Assembly (NCBI GenBank): GCA_038064195.1
Contig: JBBTTO010000002.1
Coordinates: forward strand, 269,356-333,355
Reading direction: 5' to 3'
DNA length: 64,000 bases
DNA from: Patescibacteria group bacterium
Lineage (GTDB): Bacteria > Patescibacteriota > Microgenomatia > Levybacterales > UBA12049
In this document: piece by piece, positions 59,943 to 64,000 of the stretch
How the letters are laid out: every line of letters starts with the position of its first letter
Numbering within the stretch: the stretch's first letter is position 1
The notes under the pieces: model-generated
Seen by the model: the letters and a program-made list of their open reading frames with translations, nothing else
Told to the model about the DNA's origin: nothing
Databases searched by the model: none
Program-made: the position numbers and the translations under genes

Positions 59943-62900
59943 ATGCCTAAAAATAGTAAAGAAACCAACATTATACGCCACAACTGGGGCAAGCAATACA
60001 CCACATTGCCTGAGCTAGATCTCCTTGCAGTTCAACGTGCCTCATATCAAAGTTTTCTTGATAAGCAGATCGGCGACATCCTCCAGGAAATTTCCCCTAT
60101 TGATGATTTTACCGGTAAGAACTGGAGTCTGGCTTTCCGCGAATACCGTATGGGACAGCCCACCAATACCCCTGAGATCGCGCTTACTAAAGGCCTCACT
60201 TTCGATTCCCCCCTCTACGTCAAAGTAACACTCACCAATCTTCGCACCAACGCTACCCATGATGCAGAAGTCTTTTTGGGAGATATTCCTCAGATGACTG
60301 ATCGCGGGACCTTTATCGTCAACGGTATTGAGCGTGCAGTCGTCAGTCAGATTGTAAGATCTCCCGGTGTTTTCTTCACTGCGACTCATGATCCTGCCAC
60401 AGGCAAGACTATCTATTCAGCTGAAATTCGTCCGACACACGGCTCATGGCTGGAATTCTCAACTACCCGCTACGGCACTATCACAGTCAAGATCGATCGT
60501 CGTCGTAAGTTCTTAGCAACGACCTTCCTGCGAGCTATCGGTATTTCAGCCAATGAAACTATCAAAGAGCGTCTCGCTAACAGTGAGTCAGGTGAGACTG
60601 ATCCGCTCATTGAAGCCACTTTGCAAAAAGACGAGACAGGTTCAGAGACTGAGGCAGTTATTGAGATCTTCAAGAAAATGCATCCGGGAGAGCCTATCGT
60701 TTATGACAAAGTTCGCGAGAATTTCATGAATCTCTTCTTCAATAATCGCCGCTATGATCTTGGTGCTGTCGGTCGCTATAAAATGAATAAAAAGCTTTCA
60801 GAAATTGAAGGCTTTAGGTCAACAGAAGAGCGCGTTTTGACAGTTGAGGACATTGTGGCAGCTATCAGTTACCTGATCCAGTTAAATCATGGAAAAGGCA
60901 TGGTTGATGATATTGATAGTTTGGCAAATCGTCGTATCAGAAGTGTCGGTGAGCTGGTCGCAACGAATGCTTTCCGTGTCGGATGTCTGAGGCTTGAGCG
61001 CTCAATTAAAGAGCGTATGAGTCTTATGCAGCCTGATTTGCCGATATCTGTTGCCAACCTTATTAATGCCCGCCCGATCATGGCAGCGATTAACGAATTC
61101 TTCCGCACCTCTCAGCTTTCAACTATCCTTGACCAGACCAATCCACTTTCAGAAATTGACAACCTTAACCGTCTGACGGTCATGGGAGCCGGCGGTATCT
61201 CACGGGAACGTGCAGCCTTCTCAATCCGTGATATTAACAGTTCACAGTATGGCCGTATTGATCCTATCCGCAGTCCTGAAGGACCGAATATCGGCCTGGT
61301 CACCTATATGGCTCTCTATTCTCATGTTAATGGTTATGGCTTTTTAGAGGCTCCTTATCGTAAAGTCGTCAAGGAATCCCGTGGGGGTAAGACTAAGGTC
61401 CGTGTTACTGATGAGATTGAGTATCTGGATGCGGATGATGAGCGGGTAAAATATATTACCCATGCCTCACTCGCTATCAGTGATGAGGGAGAGATCATGG
61501 ACGCGCGCGTCCCTGTCCGTTACAAAGGTGAATTTATCGAGGTAGATCGTGATAAGGTAGATTATATTGATGTCGTACCTCGTCAGGTAGTCGGAACCAG
61601 TGCCTCACTTATCCCCTTTGTCGCTCATGATGAGGCTAACCGCGCGCTGATGGGAACTCACATGCAGTGTCAGGCTGTGCCTCTTGTTAAGCCTGACAGC
61701 CCGATTGTCGGAACGGGTATGGAATCAGTTGTGTCTGAGGTCATGAATCGGGTGGTCAAGGCTCCCTTTGACGGCAAAGTTACCTTGGTTGATGCCAATA
61801 AAGTTATTCTGGAAGGTAAGAAAAATGAAAAAGCAAGTTTTGCTATCAGTTCATTCAGACGTACATCTAACGCTACTTCATACACCCAGCGTGCAGTCGT
61901 TTCTGACGGAGATATCGTTAAAAAGGGTGATCTGTTAATTGACGGACCATCATCTCAGAATGGAGAACTCGCATTAGGTCAGAATCTGCTCATTGCCTAT
62001 GCCTCACTTGACGGTCTTGGCTATGAGGACGCTATCGTGATCTCAGATCGCCTTGTGAAAGAGGATATCCTTTCAAGTATTCATATTGAAAAATATGAAG
62101 CCGCAGTTGTGGAGACCAAGCTCGGGCCTGAGGAGATAACACCTGATATCCCCAATGTCAGTGAGGAAGAACTGGCACACCTTGACGCTGAGGGTATTAT
62201 CGTCGTCGGATCTGAAGTAAGTCCTGGTGATATCCTAGTCGGTAAGATCGCACCAAAAGGTGAGACTGAGCTTACGGCTGAGGAGAGATTGCTTCGGGCA
62301 ATTTTTGGTGAACAGGCCCGTGAAGTTCGTGATACCTCTTTGAGAATGCCGCACGGAGAGCGCGGAACAGTCATCAGTGTTCAGATTTTGGATCGTAAAA
62401 AAGGTGATGAACTCGAGCCCGGTACACTCAAGAAAATCCTCGTTGAAGTTGCTCAGTTCCGTCACGTAGTAGTCGGAGATAAGTTAGCAGGCCGTCATGG
62501 TAACAAAGGGATTATTTCACGCATTTTACCGGCTGCCGACATGCCTCATTTGGAAGACGGAACACCTGTTGATATCATCATCTCTCCGATGTCTATCCTT
62601 GCCCGTATGAATTTGGGTCAGATCTTAGAAGCGCATCTCGGCTTTGCGGCTCAGAAATTGGGCATGAAAATCGGAGTACCGGTTTTTGAGTCAATCCATG
62701 AGGATCGAATTGTCGACCTTCTCAAGCAGGCGGGGCTGCCGGTGAACGGGAAAGTACAGCTTTTTGACGGTCGTACCGGTATGGCTTATGAGAATACGGT
62801 AGTAGTCGGTATTGAATACATGATGAAGCTGATTCATATGGTTGAGGATAAGACCCATGCCCGCTCGACAGGTCCTTACTCACTTGTCACCCAACAGCCA

Positions 62901-63362
62901 CTCGGTGGAAAAGCGCAAATGGGAGGTCAGAGGTTAGGTGAAATGGAAGTCTGGGCTTTGGAGTCACATCGTGCGCGACATATCCTGCAGGAAATGTTGA
63001 CTATCAAAGCTGATGATGTCATCGGTCGGGCTAAAGCATTTGAGGCAATCGTTAAGGGTACCGATATCCCGACACCGAAAGTTCCTGAATCATTTAAGGT
63101 GCTTATCAAAGAACTTCAGTCTCTCGGACTCAATGTTGTACCGGTTGGGGCTACCGTCTATAATGAGGTCTCGGAAAATAAAGACGATATAGCCAGTGAA
63201 GAGGTCAAAAAAGAGGTTGCTGAATTGAAAGAAGAATTAGAGGCAGACAAAGAAGTCATGGAGCCGGTTGAGGCAGCAGCTACAGGCCTTGAAATAGCTG
63301 ACAGCGGCGTTGATGTGGCAACGCCTGAAGCAATGGTTGCAGAAGGAGCAAATAATGAATAA
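59943..63362 (+). CDS. rpoB: DNA-directed RNA polymerase subunit beta
   Basis: 1139 aa with all conserved RpoB blocks (..GRHGNKGI.., ..MNLGQILE..) and an acidic C-terminal tail. Confidence 0.95.
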   Translation: MPKNSKETNIIRHNWGKQYTTLPELDLLAVQRASYQSFLDKQIGDILQEISPIDDFTGKNWSLAFREYRMGQPTNTPEIALTKGLTFDSPLYVKVTLTNLRTNATHDAEVFLGDIPQMTDRGTFIVNGIERAVVSQIVRSPGVFFTATHDPATGKTIYSAEIRPTHGSWLEFSTTRYGTITVKIDRRRKFLATTFLRAIGISANETIKERLANSESGETDPLIEATLQKDETGSETEAVIEIFKKMHPGEPIVYDKVRENFMNLFFNNRRYDLGAVGRYKMNKKLSEIEGFRSTEERVLTVEDIVAAISYLIQLNHGKGMVDDIDSLANRRIRSVGELVATNAFRVGCLRLERSIKERMSLMQPDLPISVANLINARPIMAAINEFFRTSQLSTILDQTNPLSEIDNLNRLTVMGAGGISRERAAFSIRDINSSQYGRIDPIRSPEGPNIGLVTYMALYSHVNGYGFLEAPYRKVVKESRGGKTKVRVTDEIEYLDADDERVKYITHASLAISDEGEIMDARVPVRYKGEFIEVDRDKVDYIDVVPRQVVGTSASLIPFVAHDEANRALMGTHMQCQAVPLVKPDSPIVGTGMESVVSEVMNRVVKAPFDGKVTLVDANKVILEGKKNEKASFAISSFRRTSNATSYTQRAVVSDGDIVKKGDLLIDGPSSQNGELALGQNLLIAYASLDGLGYEDAIVISDRLVKEDILSSIHIEKYEAAVVETKLGPEEITPDIPNVSEEELAHLDAEGIIVVGSEVSPGDILVGKIAPKGETELTAEERLLRAIFGEQAREVRDTSLRMPHGERGTVISVQILDRKKGDELEPGTLKKILVEVAQFRHVVVGDKLAGRHGNKGIISRILPAADMPHLEDGTPVDIIISPMSILARMNLGQILEAHLGFAAQKLGMKIGVPVFESIHEDRIVDLLKQAGLPVNGKVQLFDGRTGMAYENTVVVGIEYMMKLIHMVEDKTHARSTGPYSLVTQQPLGGKAQMGGQRLGEMEVWALESHRARHILQEMLTIKADDVIGRAKAFEAIVKGTDIPTPKVPESFKVLIKELQSLGLNVVPVGATVYNEVSENKDDIASEEVKKEVAELKEELEADKEVMEPVEAAATGLEIADSGVDVATPEAMVAEGANNE

Positions 63363-63378
63363 TAACGGTAAAAAACAT

Positions 63379-64000
63379 ATGCGTGATTTAACAATTACTG
63401 ACTTTAAGGCACTCAAGTTACTGCTGGCAAGTAAGAGTGATATTCAGGACTGGTCTTATGGTGAGATCACTAAGCCTGAGACGATCAACTATCGTACCCT
63501 TCGCCCTGAGAAGGACGGTCTTTTTGATGAGCGAATTTTTGGCCCAACGAAGGACTGGGAATGCTATTGCGGAAAGTATAAGAGGATTCGCTATCGGGGC
63601 ATTATTTGTGACAAGTGCGGCGTTGAAGTGACTCTTTCAAGAGTTCGACGTGAGCGTCTCGGTCATATCAATCTTGCCTCCCCTGTCTCACATGTCTGGT
63701 ACTTCAAAGGCGCGTCCAGCGCGATGTCCCTTCTTTTGGATATCCCGCAGAAGAATCTGGAGTCAGTTATCTACTATGCTTCGTACTTAGTAGTCGGAGT
63801 TGACGAACAGAAGAAAAAAGATGCTATGGATGTCCTCATGGAGAATATCGATAAACGTAAGAATTTACTTAAAGAGAAGATGCAGACTGAAGAGTCTGAG
63901 ATTAAAGATGAAGCCAAAGACAAGAAAGAAGATACACAGGGGTTAAAAAGAGAACAAAAGCAGCTTATCTCAGATGAGTTAAATCTGGCAAAGCGTCAGC
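63379..64000 (+). CDS. rpoC: DNA-directed RNA polymerase subunit beta' (N-terminal part, continues beyond window)
   Basis: [30 protein letters not shown]... with the zinc-binding [23 protein letters not shown] motif. An alternative upstream in-frame ATG at 63355 would overlap the rpoB stop. Confidence 0.85.
   Translation, partial: MRDLTITDFKALKLLLASKSDIQDWSYGEITKPETINYRTLRPEKDGLFDERIFGPTKDWECYCGKYKRIRYRGIICDKCGVEVTLSRVRRERLGHINLASPVSHVWYFKGASSAMSLLLDIPQKNLESVIYYASYLVVGVDEQKKKDAMDVLMENIDKRKNLLKEKMQTEESEIKDEAKDKKEDTQGLKREQKQLISDELNLAKRQ

Noticed and set aside
1-64000. tRNA, rRNA or CRISPR features
   Set aside because: All intergenic regions are under ~210 nt and none showed a cloverleaf-like or rRNA-like sequence, nor regularly spaced short repeats. 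None are called.

Overview
The window reads as a compact, gene-dense chromosome segment with a reduced-genome (CPR-like or Gram-positive-like) character. It has short intergenic spacers, a core-only IF2, an AlaRS without the C-Ala domain, a class I LysRS and a short MetRS, and no rRNA, tRNA or CRISPR that I could recognise. Housekeeping blocks are: rmuC-tsaD-DUF192-adenylyltransferase (minus strand), greA-murB-lysK, a CIRCE-like element with hrcA-grpE-dnaK-(orf)-dnaJ, nusA-infB-nrnA-like, rpsO-pnp-(Lon AAA-only)-rnj-ftsK, rodZ-like, and alaS / rpoB / rpoC(partial). A cell-envelope glycan cluster (UbiA-family, GT4 MraY/WecA-like, GT-C/ArnT-like, GT2 cellulose-synthase-like) sits at 11.7-17.1 kb. 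The most unusual region is 24.6-36.9 kb, wedged between the dnaK operon and nusA. It encodes a VirB2/TrbC-like two-helix 'pilin', then a translationally coupled 1607-aa VirB6/TrbL-like polytopic protein carrying a huge nested-repeat C-terminal domain. After these come a soluble ClpC-like double-AAA+ ATPase, a small membrane protein, a second membrane-anchored Clp-family ATPase whose first AAA module has degenerate Walker A/B motifs, and a membrane-anchored vWA (MIDAS) protein. No VirB4/VirD4 ATPase is present, so I propose this as a candidate undescribed envelope/surface machine rather than a canonical T4SS. Other notable signals: a 39-nt near-identical in-frame element (13-aa peptide, internal palindrome) shared by the 3' tails of dnaK and the clpC-like gene; a single gene flanked by ~32-bp imperfect inverted repeats; a Lon homolog reduced to its AAA+ core; a promoter-terminator-gene arrangement in the greA leader; and a PilM/FtsA-like-TM-extracellular fusion next to a sortase. 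All calls are from reading the sequence and ORF translations; no database search was possible.
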